DNA of 64,000 nucleotides, taken from NCBI GenBank assembly GCA_001179505.1, contig CDMY01000442.1:11912-75911 (forward strand), read 5' to 3'. The position numbers were made by a program, and so were the translations under genes. This stretch comes from Vitrella brassicaformis CCMP3155 (lineage: Eukaryota; Protista; Chromerida). Below are positions 49,601 to 60,000 of this stretch, in pieces (positions within the stretch are counted from its first letter, which is position 1; the number at the start of each line of letters is the position of its first letter). Below the pieces are notes generated by a model. The model was not told the DNA's origin and ran no database searches. It saw only the letters and a program-made list of their open reading frames with translations.

Positions 49601-51825
49601 CAACAACAACAAAACAGGACTACGAGAAGCTGCGTGGTATGATTGACGCACTGCCCGAGGGCGACCCCTTGCTGGCGGAGCTGGGGAGGCGGCTGACCAC
49701 TGTGGGCCTGTGTGAGGCGGCTGTGGGTGCCTTCCTGCGGGTGGGGGACGTCAAGGCCGCTGTCGACAGCTGCGTCATACTCAACCAGTGGGACCTGGTA
49801 TGGATGGCACCACACACGCACACACACACACACACAGACACAGTGACACACAGGGAGAGGGAGAGATCGGTGTGTTTCTGTGATGTGTGCTGCAGGCTGT
49901 AGATTTGGCCGAGAAGCATTCGTTTCAGCAGATCGAGACCCTCCTAGCCAAATATGCGCAGCACCTGCTAGACAAGACCAAAAAGGTCGGCCGGCACACC
50001 CCACACCCCATCCCATACATCAGCACCCTCAACTCACCCACACAGGCTGCACGCACCCGGTGGCTCTTGTGATGTGAGTGCCTGTCTGTCTGTCTGCAAT
50101 GGCTGCAGCTAGAGGCAGTGCAGCTGTATCGGCGCGCCAACCGTCACCAGGAGGCGGCCCGTCTGCTGGCCCAGGTGGGCAAAACCCTCGGGCCGCCACA
50201 GTTCCACCCCGACAGACACAAAAAACTCCACCTACTCGCCGCTCTGGAGGTACGCACGTCGGGCCGCCAAGGGGGGCCGTGGAATGGGTGGGTGGACACA
50301 CCTGAGTGGTGGTGCGGTGTGTGTGTGGTTGTGTTGTGTTGTGTTGTGTTGCGTTGTGTTGTGTTGTGTTTGTTGTCCAGGTAGAGAAGTACAAGAAGAA
50401 GACGTTTGATGGTGGGGGAGCGGGCGGCACAAACATCACCGCACAGACACTCAACTCGCTCATCACACAGGTACGTAGGTAAGGTACCTACCTGGATGGA
50501 TGGATGGATCGATATGGGTGGATCCATCCATCCATCCATCGGTGGCTTGTCTTGTTTGTCCCATCCAATGAACAGGACCAGACGATGCTGATGGCTGGGG
50601 ACAAGTCGCTGGAGAACCCTTGGCGGGGCGTCGAGGCCTACCACGTCTACATGCTCGCACAAAAACAGCTCTTCGACGGGTGAGTGAGCCGAGCGGTCAG
50701 ACCAGGCCAGACACACACATGTATTGTATTGTGTTCATCCCCCCCCTACTCTAGTCCCACGTGTGTGTATCTGTATGTGTATGTTGTATTTGTGTGTGCC
50801 AGTTCGATGGAGGCAGCGCTTCGCAGCTGCATCCGTTTGGCCGACTACGAGGACCACCTGGACGTGCAGACCATCTACTCACTGCTCGCACTCACTGCAT
50901 ACTACACCAAGTTCTTCCAGCAGGCATCAAAGGTCAGCCAGCCCAGCCCGGACACACACACACAGACAGAAGGCAGACCAAGACAGCAGCCGACCCGACT
51001 GCAGTCGCGTGTATGTGTATGTGTATGTGTTTGTTGTGTGTAGGCGTTCATCAAGCTGGAGGCCTCGCCGGACATTCCCAAGGTCACACACACACAAATA
51101 TGCGTGTCAGCTGACATGACACACAGAGGCACTCCATATCATCTGTGTGTGGTGCTGACATCAATCAGGCCACCCGCCAGAAGTACGAAGACCTGGCACT
51201 AGCAATCTTCACCAAGTGAGTGACTGAGTGAGTGACTGAGCGAGATACCCACGCAATCACCTACCTCTACCAGCAAGGCGAGTTTGCAAATCGTGTGCAG
51301 GCACCCGCCCCGCGATCCCGCCTCTCGCATGCTGCCGTGCCCTAGATGCAACACACCCATTGCCGACTGGTATGTATGTATGCATGTTGGCACAGAACTG
51401 CCTGCCTGTCTGAATGTGGGCATGCATGGCATGTGTGGCTGTCTGTCTGTCTGCCTGTCTGTCTGTCTGCAATGACTGCAGGACGGTGATATGCCCCCAC
51501 TGCAGCTATCGGCTGCCCTTCTGCGTCGCCTCGGGGCGGCCGATATTCAAAAAATACCTCACACCCGAAGCTGCGTCATCCTTGGCCGCATCGGCCAGCA
51601 ATGCTGTCGAGCCGGCGGCCAGCGAGACCATCCAGTGCAAGACCTGCAAGTGAGCATCCAGCCAGGCACAGACAGACAGACAGACACCAAGAGCGTGAAT
51701 CCACCCACGTGTTGCAACCGGCTCATGTATTGTATTTCAGGCATCGCATGTACGCGTCTGAGGCGCGTCGGTTACGGCATTGCCCTTTCTGCCACTCTTT
51801 GCTCGTGCACAAGTACGTTAGCTGA
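44607..51825 (+). CDS. WDR35: WD-repeat protein 35 / IFT121 (IFT-A subunit)
   Basis: [96 protein letters not shown], and C-terminal Cys knuckles (CPRC..CPHC..CVASG..CKTC..CPFC); TGA at 51823-51825. Confidence 0.95.
50491..50540 (+). repeat. Intronic (TGGA)4 / (TCCA)4 inverted repeat in WDR35
   Basis: tggatggatggatggatc-gatatgggtg-gatccatccatccatcca is self-complementary, inside intron 50471-50575. Confidence 0.85.
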
Positions 51826-52478
51826 GCTGGCCACCCTGACACGCACCGCACGCCGGATGGATGGACGGAGGAATTCGCCGGCTGGCTGGTGCTGGTGTAG
51901 GCAGATTCGTAGCGGTTTCTCAGACCCGTTTCTTGATGTTGTTGATATGATATGTGTATGGCGTGTGTATGTGTGTGGGTATGTGTGTGTCCTTGGCGTG
52001 GTGTGTACAGACCGGGCAGGGCAGGGCAAGACACAACGAATGCATGACATCGACATGCTTGAATAATGAATGCACTTGCGTGGTTTCTGTCCGTCAACTT
52101 TCCCCCATCGCACTGTATGTCATGAATGCGCCCCCTCAGTGCACTGCAGACAAAGCACATTCATCTAGTACTTCAGCTAGAAGCTATTAATTATCTGCAC
52201 ACCCATCATCCTCACGCACCAACCACGCCAGCCAGAGATCAGCCCACAGCAATGCGGATTCGATGGCTGGCTGGCTGCAGCACACACGAAACAATGTTAG
52301 TAAAGCTATCAACAGACACGAACGAGCAATACACTAGCTGTACAGTACACACAGTGAGCATAGCTTTCCATACTGAGTGAGGGCTTGGCGGCACCTCATC
52401 TCACGCCTTGACTACATTGGCAAACGACAAACAAGGAACCCACCCCTGTGTTGTGTGCCCGCCTGCCTGCCCATTCAC

Positions 52479-53615
52479 TCACACGCGAGCATACACATAC
52501 ACAAAGTCGGCCTGGTCCGGCGAATCGGCGTCAAATCGGCTGATGCGGATGTCTGTCTGGCACACACACACAAGGCAAGCATTCTCATGCCCCTGTCTTG
52601 TCTGCCTACATCACATCAAGATGAGTGCACTCATGGTACGTACCGTCATCGATGTATGTGGTTCTCATGGTAAGGTCACAGCTGCCCTTCCTAATCCGGT
52701 CATAGACGCCCTTGATGGGGAAGGCGAAGTTGCTCAGCTACGGTACCCAGGAGTCCAAGATGCGCTCGTTGTCAACATAGACATTGAGCATGTCGGGATG
52801 CTTGATGCTGGGCTCCACCTTGGCAGTGGTGGTAGAGACTGCCGACCCTGCCCCCACCACGCTAATGCGCACCTGACTGACCATCTCGGCCTCCTCCCCT
52901 GGCTGGGCGTCGGTCAGGCCACTGATGGTCTCTCACCTGTGTGGATGCAGACCAGACACACGCGTGTGTCACGCATCGCATGTCTGTTGTGTGGCGATGC
53001 GATGGGTGTGTCTCTCTGTCTGTCTGTCCGTCTGTGTGTCTGCTGCTGACCTGTTCGGACAACGGGAACAAAGTCTGCTAGAGGATACACCGACTCGATA
53101 AGCTCCCGATTGTGGATGAAGTCAGGGATGCCTCCTACACACACACATGCATTCCTCTCCTGTTGGTGAGGATGGATGTGAGTGACTCGGTCATCTTAAG
53201 GACCTGCCAGCTGCCTCGTGGCCCACCACAGCGGGCTGGACCGTGTTGGATTGTCCGAAGAGTACACCAACCGCCACGTCCCCTCTACCAGCTTCCCAAC
53301 AGGCTGTGTGTCGTCGTTCAAGCTCTCCAACTGCCCAATGACCTCTGCCACATCGGCCCGCTGTGCTTTCGTGGCGGCCTGCCCTCTGTCGAATGCCGCC
53401 ACCATCTTGAGGAGCTGTTGCTTGAGGTCGTATGCCGCGTCCGTGTCGACACTCATGACCACGTTGAGGCCGCGCCGAGAGGTCGATTGGCGAATCAGCT
53501 GCCGCAGCAGTGAGGGTGTTTTTCGGCTCATCGGTTCGGTGGCAGGCGGCACCAGCCGATAGCCAAACACTGAGGGAATCACCAGCAGGCACGAAAGGGC
53601 GATGACGAGCGCCAT
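52479..53615 (-). pseudogene. PAP/fibrillin-family plastid lipid-associated protein with in-frame TAG (52738-52740) and probable frameshift near 52935
   Basis: Signal peptide plus transit-like region; LKQQLL..DRG..VAEVIGQLE..LVEGTWRLVYSS; C-terminal MRTTYIDDDIRISR..FVYVYARV* lies downstream of and in frame with the TAG. Confidence 0.7.
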
Positions 53616-53869
53616 TTCAAGCTGTGGTGTCAAAGGCGCCGAAGATCGGTCTCGAAACGCATTGCGGGTGATCGCTCAAGGACGCAGAAAGTTCGGGAGA
53701 TACAGGTATGTGATGAATATGCACGATGCTCATAGGCTGCCTTCATGTGCGTTGCTGAGTGTGTGCAGATAAGTCAGAGAAACCGCTCTGTCCTGTCACT
53801 TCTGAGCCAGACAACAGTGCTCAGCTCACCGATCGCCACCAGAGGCTTTCCCCCGACGGAAAGACCACG

Positions 53870-55725
53870 ATGGCGGCGCTCTTCACCATGCTGGCAGCGA
53901 CCGTCGTTGCTTCGGCCGCCGTGAGTGGCGCGGCAGAGAGTCCGTCGCTGACGTTTGTGTCCCTGGGCGACTGGGGGAAGCTCGGCACAGGTCAGAGGAA
54001 TGTGGCCAAGCAGATGGGCATCGAGGCACAACGACTCAAAGCCAGCTTCGTACTCGCTATCGGAGACAACGTAAGACACAACCTGCAGAGAAAGAAACTC
54101 TGTCGCTGTCTTGTCTTACGTACGTCTGTCTGTCTGTCTGTGTGTACCCCGTCCACTCAGTTTTATGAACAGTGAGTGACCCCAACGAAGACACACAGGA
54201 GGGGGGAGAGAAGCAGTGGGCCCATAAGTCAGTCGTGCCTGCCTCTGTTTGGCGTGTGTCAGTGGTGTGCGGTCGGTGAATGACCCTCTGTGGCAGACGA
54301 CCTATCATGACGTATACGGCCCTATCGACTCGCTTCAAGTCCCATTCTATGCCGGTACGTGGGCCGACCGACCACACACTCAATCAGACAGACAGTGGTC
54401 GATCGTTGATGTGATGTGTGGTGGGTGACACTGACTGCAGTGCTGGGTAATCACGACTGGTACGGCAACGCGAGTGCGCAGATCGACTACCACTATCGCG
54501 AGCCCAAGCCCGAGTGGCTGTCGCGCATCACGCTCGCCTCCCTGCCCTTCCCGTTATACGCAGCAGCCACGGGCAGGAGATGGTGGATGCCACACAACTG
54601 GTATGGTACCCCACCGAGAGCAGCAAACACAGTGCCATATGTCATACCATATAGAAGCGCGTCTGTGTCCGTGTGTCGCGCAGGTATTCTGTCGCGTATC
54701 CACTGACGTCTGAGGGACAGCCCATGACCGGGGACTCCTCGGAGGCCACCGAGGAGCAGCAGTATGCTGTGTTTGTCTTCATCGACACCTGGGTGGCCGA
54801 CCCGTCCAACCGTCAGCTGGCCGCCATGCGGCACGAGCAGCTGCACTGGCTGGCCAAGACGCTGCACGGCGCGGCCACTGATCCTCACGTGGGATGGATC
54901 ATTGTCGTGGGGCATTATCCTATCTATACATCAGGGCAACATGGTCGGTCAGACGGGGCAACAAACTGACGGTTCTGTGGGCATTCACATTCATCCTGTT
55001 CTCGTCGCTTTTTTGTATTGGTGCAGGCGACACCGACTTCCTCGTGTCAGACGTACTGCCGCTGCTCAAGGAATATCAGGTGGACGCTTACCTGTGCGGC
55101 CATGACCATGACCTTGAGCTGCTCAGCGAGCACACGCCGGAGCAGCCTCTGCCCAAGAACGTCACTGAACTCACGGCAAGAAGAACACCATACAGTCTTT
55201 CGGTCAAAGCTGTGATGCGAATTTCGTGTCGTCTCGGTCAGAGCGATACTGAGGGTGTGACGTTTGTGGTGACGGGTGCCGGCGGCAAGAAGAGATCATT
55301 CAGCAAGCCGCTGCACAAGCAGCACATATACGGATGGCCCTCATACGGATTCACTTCACAGTAAGACCCTCACTCGCCACTCACACCACACACAGACTCT
55401 CTGCAGTGCATGCCCTGTGTTTTGTTTCCATCCGTCCGCGTACGTTCCCTCCTGCAGTGTACTGACGAGCTCCCAGATGACCACTCACTTCATCAGCTCC
55501 GACGGCTCCCTCCTCTTCACCTACACACAGCCACGTCGCATCCGGACCGCTGTCAAGGAGGAGTCAGAGTTGGCCCCGCTCATCGAGGACACACCAGCGA
55601 GTGAGGCCAAGGAGGTGTGGGCGCAGTGGCAGTGGGTGGCGGGGGCGGCTGGGATGGGGGGGCTGCTCGCCGGTGCCGCTGTGACATGGGCTGTGCTGTT
55701 CTCCGGGCGAAAGTGCGGGTACTGA
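53870..55725 (+). CDS. Purple acid phosphatase (ACP5/GAP50-like metallophosphoesterase) with signal peptide and C-terminal TM anchor
   Basis: All metal-binding motifs present: SLGDWG, IGDNFY, VLGNHDW, VVGHYP, YLCGHDH; FVVTGAGG; hydrophobic tail VAGAAGMGGLLAGAAVTWAVLF; TGA at 55723-55725. Confidence 0.9.
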
Positions 55726-56402
55726 AGAGTATGAGGGAGGGAGGACGACATGCGCAGCAAGGATGTGTGTGTGTGTGTGGTTGGTGTGGTGTGTTGTCTT
55801 GTGTTTCTGCAGTGGTTGGCAGCGTGTGGCCGACGAGCCCAGCCCGTCACCGATGGATGCATCGCGTGCCCCATTCGACGAATGCACTGATGCTGGCGCT
55901 GATGCACCCAAGACACGACACACTGACACGGATGCCAACAAGAGCAGGGCACAGGCTGGATGATATGTGGCAGGGAGGGACATGACCAATAAGACAGACA
56001 GGCGATGTTACCCAAGACAACACAGCAGCAAAACAGATCAGGGGGGACTTTTTCGTAGGTGCGTTTTGTGGTTGTTTTGTCCCTTATTGTGAGTGCGGCG
56101 TCTGGATCGGCCAACACAAGGGTGTATGTGCCGTGGCCATGCTCCGCCCCACCAGACACTGAGTGCCCTATTACTCGTATGCCGTTATATATATATCTCT
56201 CTCTCATCTCTCTCAATGGTCTTGTACATATATACCAAGTGTTTGTTAGTGATGTTGGTGTGGCATACGCAACAATTAGGGCAGCACGCGCAGCGGACTG
56301 CGCACTTTTGCCGGAGTTTTGACTCGTTTTGACCCCGTGTATGTGTGTGAGCAACCGTGTCTGTGTGTGTGGTGGGTGGGGTGGGGGGGGGGGGGGCGCG
56401 GA

Positions 56403-56702
56403 NNNNNNNNNNNNNNNNNNNNNNNNNNNNNNNNNNNNNNNNNNNNNNNNNNNNNNNNNNNNNNNNNNNNNNNNNNNNNNNNNNNNNNNNNNNNNNNNNN
56501 NNNNNNNNNNNNNNNNNNNNNNNNNNNNNNNNNNNNNNNNNNNNNNNNNNNNNNNNNNNNNNNNNNNNNNNNNNNNNNNNNNNNNNNNNNNNNNNNNNNN
56601 NNNNNNNNNNNNNNNNNNNNNNNNNNNNNNNNNNNNNNNNNNNNNNNNNNNNNNNNNNNNNNNNNNNNNNNNNNNNNNNNNNNNNNNNNNNNNNNNNNNN
56701 NN
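56403..56702. other. Assembly gap (300 N), intergenic
   Basis: Run of N flanked by poly-G tracts. Confidence 0.99.
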
Positions 56703-57026
56703 GGGGGGGGCGCTGAAGGGACGTGGGCGTGTTTGTAGGGGGGAACAATGAATGCATCTGTGGGTGTCTGTCTGTATGAATTTTCGTGTGCGTAGAGGTT
56801 GCGTCGCGTACACGTCAGTCACGTGTGTGCGACCTTCAGGCCGGCATGCAGACACTGTGTGTATTCAGACGTACATGGATGCATTCATTCAATTTGGCCA
56901 TAACATCGACCGACAGGATCGTTCCCTCACGCTACCATAAGAAAGACATGACTGACTGAGCACCCACCCCTCCCTCCCTCCCTGCCACCCCAGCCCACCC
57001 ACCATCCCACCGACGGCATCACTGAG

Positions 57027-60000
57027 TCACGGCTCTCGCCGTCGCCCATCGGCCAGCTTGTTGAGAACAGCTGCCATCGACAACAGCTGCCCATGGCTGC
57101 ATACATGCATCCATCACATCGTCCGCCCACACACACACACACGCACAGATAGATGGACAGACAGGTGCATGTCATGTTGCGTACATGTATGGGTGTCGTA
57201 CCGTTGTTCGAGCCCGGGCATGTTGGGAGTGTTGGTGTTGATGTCCGTGGGCTGCTGCAGGACGTGGCCGAGATGCTTCTTCAGAGCCGCAAGCTCCCGC
57301 TCAATCTTCCTGCGATCACTCTCGGCCTGCAAGGCACACACATGAATGCACGCACGCGTATCAGCCAGAATGATGGACGCGTGGTTGTGTGTTGGTGCGT
57401 GCCTTGTCGATATCGGCATCTATGTGCTTGATATCCTCCTGCTCCAGCTGCTGAATCTGCGCGGGGCACAGGCCCCGCACACACCACACACACATGGCAG
57501 GCACCCCGCCCGACCGTTATGTGTCCACCCACCCACCTGTTGTTTGAGTGCGTCAATGTCTGCTTGGCACTGCTGGTTGGCCTGCAGGACGGCCGCCTGG
57601 CTGCTCTGCAACTCCGACAACACAGCCTCGATGTCAGGCCTGCAACCATCCATGCATGCATCCCTCAACCCATCCCTCCCTGCATCGATAAAGTCGCCTC
57701 TCTTGGTTTGTACGTACGTCTGCTGCAGTTGCTGGCTGAGCGACGCCAACTTCTCGCTATACTCGGCCGCACGGGCGGCATTGACACCTACAACTGACAC
57801 ACACAGAGGAGATAGAAGAGGGAGGACGCTGATGAGAGAGAGAGCCCCGTGGCTGCGCTGCGTGGGTACATTGTTTGTTGCTGGCTTCCAGCTGTTCCAT
57901 GTGGGCAACGGCGGCCGTGACGCTATCGACGAACTGACGGTCCCGCTGCTCACCCTGATGCAGCGGATCTGCCACTGACAGACATTCACACCACAGCACG
58001 CACAGCGCACCAGACAAGGGATGCTCTGCTCACGACGCTCATCGCCGGCCTGTCCGCACCATAGTTTTTGTTTGTGTTCTTTGTAGCGATGAGTGTGGCT
58101 TCATTGGTCTGCTGGAGCCTCTCCATCAGCTGCTGCGCCGCCTCCAACGTCCTCATTATATCATGCCCACCCGGACCCAGCGAACCACTCACGCCCTGCC
58201 ACCACCGCACAGCACAGCATGGACGCCCTGCCAGATTTATGCGATGTTGTTTGCGCGCGTCGCGTCCATACCGCAGTATCTTCGTCCATCTCTCCATGAC
58301 TATCACCACCGGCGGCTGCATCTTTGCTGACGTCCACGGCGTCCAGCGACCTGGGGAGGAAGAAGATGCATACAAGGACAGTGACGAAGTGATGTTAGAT
58401 CAGCTCACGCGTGGACGGCAGCTATCTGCTCGCGCAACGTCTTCGCCATACCCCAAACGTTAATTTACATGGTGCGATGGGGGCTGACGGGGGCGTCTCA
58501 AAACTCTCTTTGAACCCATACCGGCAGGCAAACATCTCGCTCCGGCCGTCGGCACCGCCAAGTATACCGAAAGACGTCTCACCCCGAGTCAACAACAATG
58601 AAACACCATAAGACTTAGTCTCAATCACCGACCGACACAGACACAAATCCTCCTTCCCATCCCCAGACGGTCCGGCCCCCTCACTTATCGTCAAAGCCCG
58701 TTGCGATGCTGGCCATCCGCCCCTGCCCCAGCATCTGCACATGCACAACACACATGTTCACACATTCGAACATTGCGACTTGCTGACCCCAGAGTCTCTC
58801 CGCCAGTATTCGTCTCTGCGTTTCTTTAGCGCCAGGTAGTCCTTGACGACGATCAACATGCGAGGCTGCAGGGTTTCTCCTGCTCTGTACCGACGGTAGA
58901 ACTGCTGGATGGTACACGCACACTGCAGACATACATACACCCGATCGGGCGAGACACACGTGAATGCAGGGAGGGAAGGGAGGAGGCAGCCGTGCGTTGG
59001 TCGTGTGGACCTACCTGGTTGAGCCTGTTCATGTGTAGTTTGGTCTCTGCGACTTGTTTGTTGATGGACCGGCTCTGACGCTTCACCACCCTCTCGGCTT
59101 CCTCAAGCTCGTCGAGGTGGCGCAACAATCTGCACGTGCACGCAAATATACACAAAAGTACATCTCCACATATGCATGATGGCGCCCTCCCTCCCTCCTT
59201 CCTTCACCCCTCGAGTGCTCTATTGGGGAGTCCAATAGACGGCAGAATCTCCACAACCGGCTCTACGTCACTCGGCTCCTCTTCCCCCGTTCGCCCCTGC
59301 TTCTGGCAGACCATGCACAGCACAGGTCTGCCTATCTCCTGCCCATCGGCGGACAGCAGCGGCCGCAGGCAGTCGATGCAGATCGTGTGGCCGCATGGCT
59401 GCAGCGTGTACGGCATGCGCATGGGCTTCTCGCAGGCAGGGCACAGCAGATGCCTTCGGAGGTGAACGCTCTCGCCCTCAAAGCCGTCACACAAAACCTT
59501 GACGTCCTCGTGCAGCTCCCTGAGGGCGTCTTGCCAGTCTCTGATTGCCGCGGAATATGCTATGTTGCTCACGGCTGCCTCGGCGTCTCTTGCGTTGGCC
59601 CAGCTCTGCAGCTGGTTTATCCGGTCTTGCATCACCATTTGCAGCTTCCTCAGTGAGCTCCACTCGTTGACAGCTATGGCGAGCTGTGATTCCATTGAGA
59701 CATGGGCCTTTTTGGCACTGGTGAGGTCGGCGTGGGTTTTCTTCAGGTCTTGCCGCGTGTCGAACAGCTTCCTCTCCTGTTTGTCGTACTCGCGCTTGGC
59801 AATCACTGCCTCACGCTGTAAGCTGCACCCAGCCAGGGAGGAAATGAGCAACACAGACAGACGAGGAAGGCGAGAGAGGCTCATGTCTGCTTCCCGGTTT
59901 GGTGGCCCCGCCCTCTTCCCCTAGCGTACGCCGTGATTCGTCCTTCGAGAGCTGCGACTCTCATCTCGTGTTCCTCTCTTTCCCTAGAAGCGACAGCCAA

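Noticed and set aside
7696-52740. TAA/TAG reassignment to Gln (ciliate-like code) suggested by two in-frame stops
   Set aside because: In the conserved-gene exons I translated (CSN2, WDR35, HBS1, AAT) Gln is CAA/CAG and I met no internal stops; TAG/TAA end RAP, CSN2 and HBS1 at the expected positions; the TAA aligns with Cys, not Gln, in the paralogue.
7691-52746. Both internal stops lie within 9-nt GT..AG segments (gtaactcag, gtaccgtag), hinting at ultra-short introns
   Set aside because: 9 nt is below any spliceosomal intron size I know of, and paralogue B aligns without a 3-residue gap, so no removal is needed. Most likely coincidence.
54161-54230. Apparent frameshift in the phosphatase after FYE
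   Set aside because: Resolved by an 11-nt micro-exon and a canonical intron that restore the family motif.
56059-56322. 87-aa GTG-start ORF with a signal-peptide-like start in AT-richer DNA beside gap 3
   Set aside because: No ATG, no splice support and no recognisable motif; it lies between convergent 3' ends. A transposon remnant cannot be supported from sequence alone.
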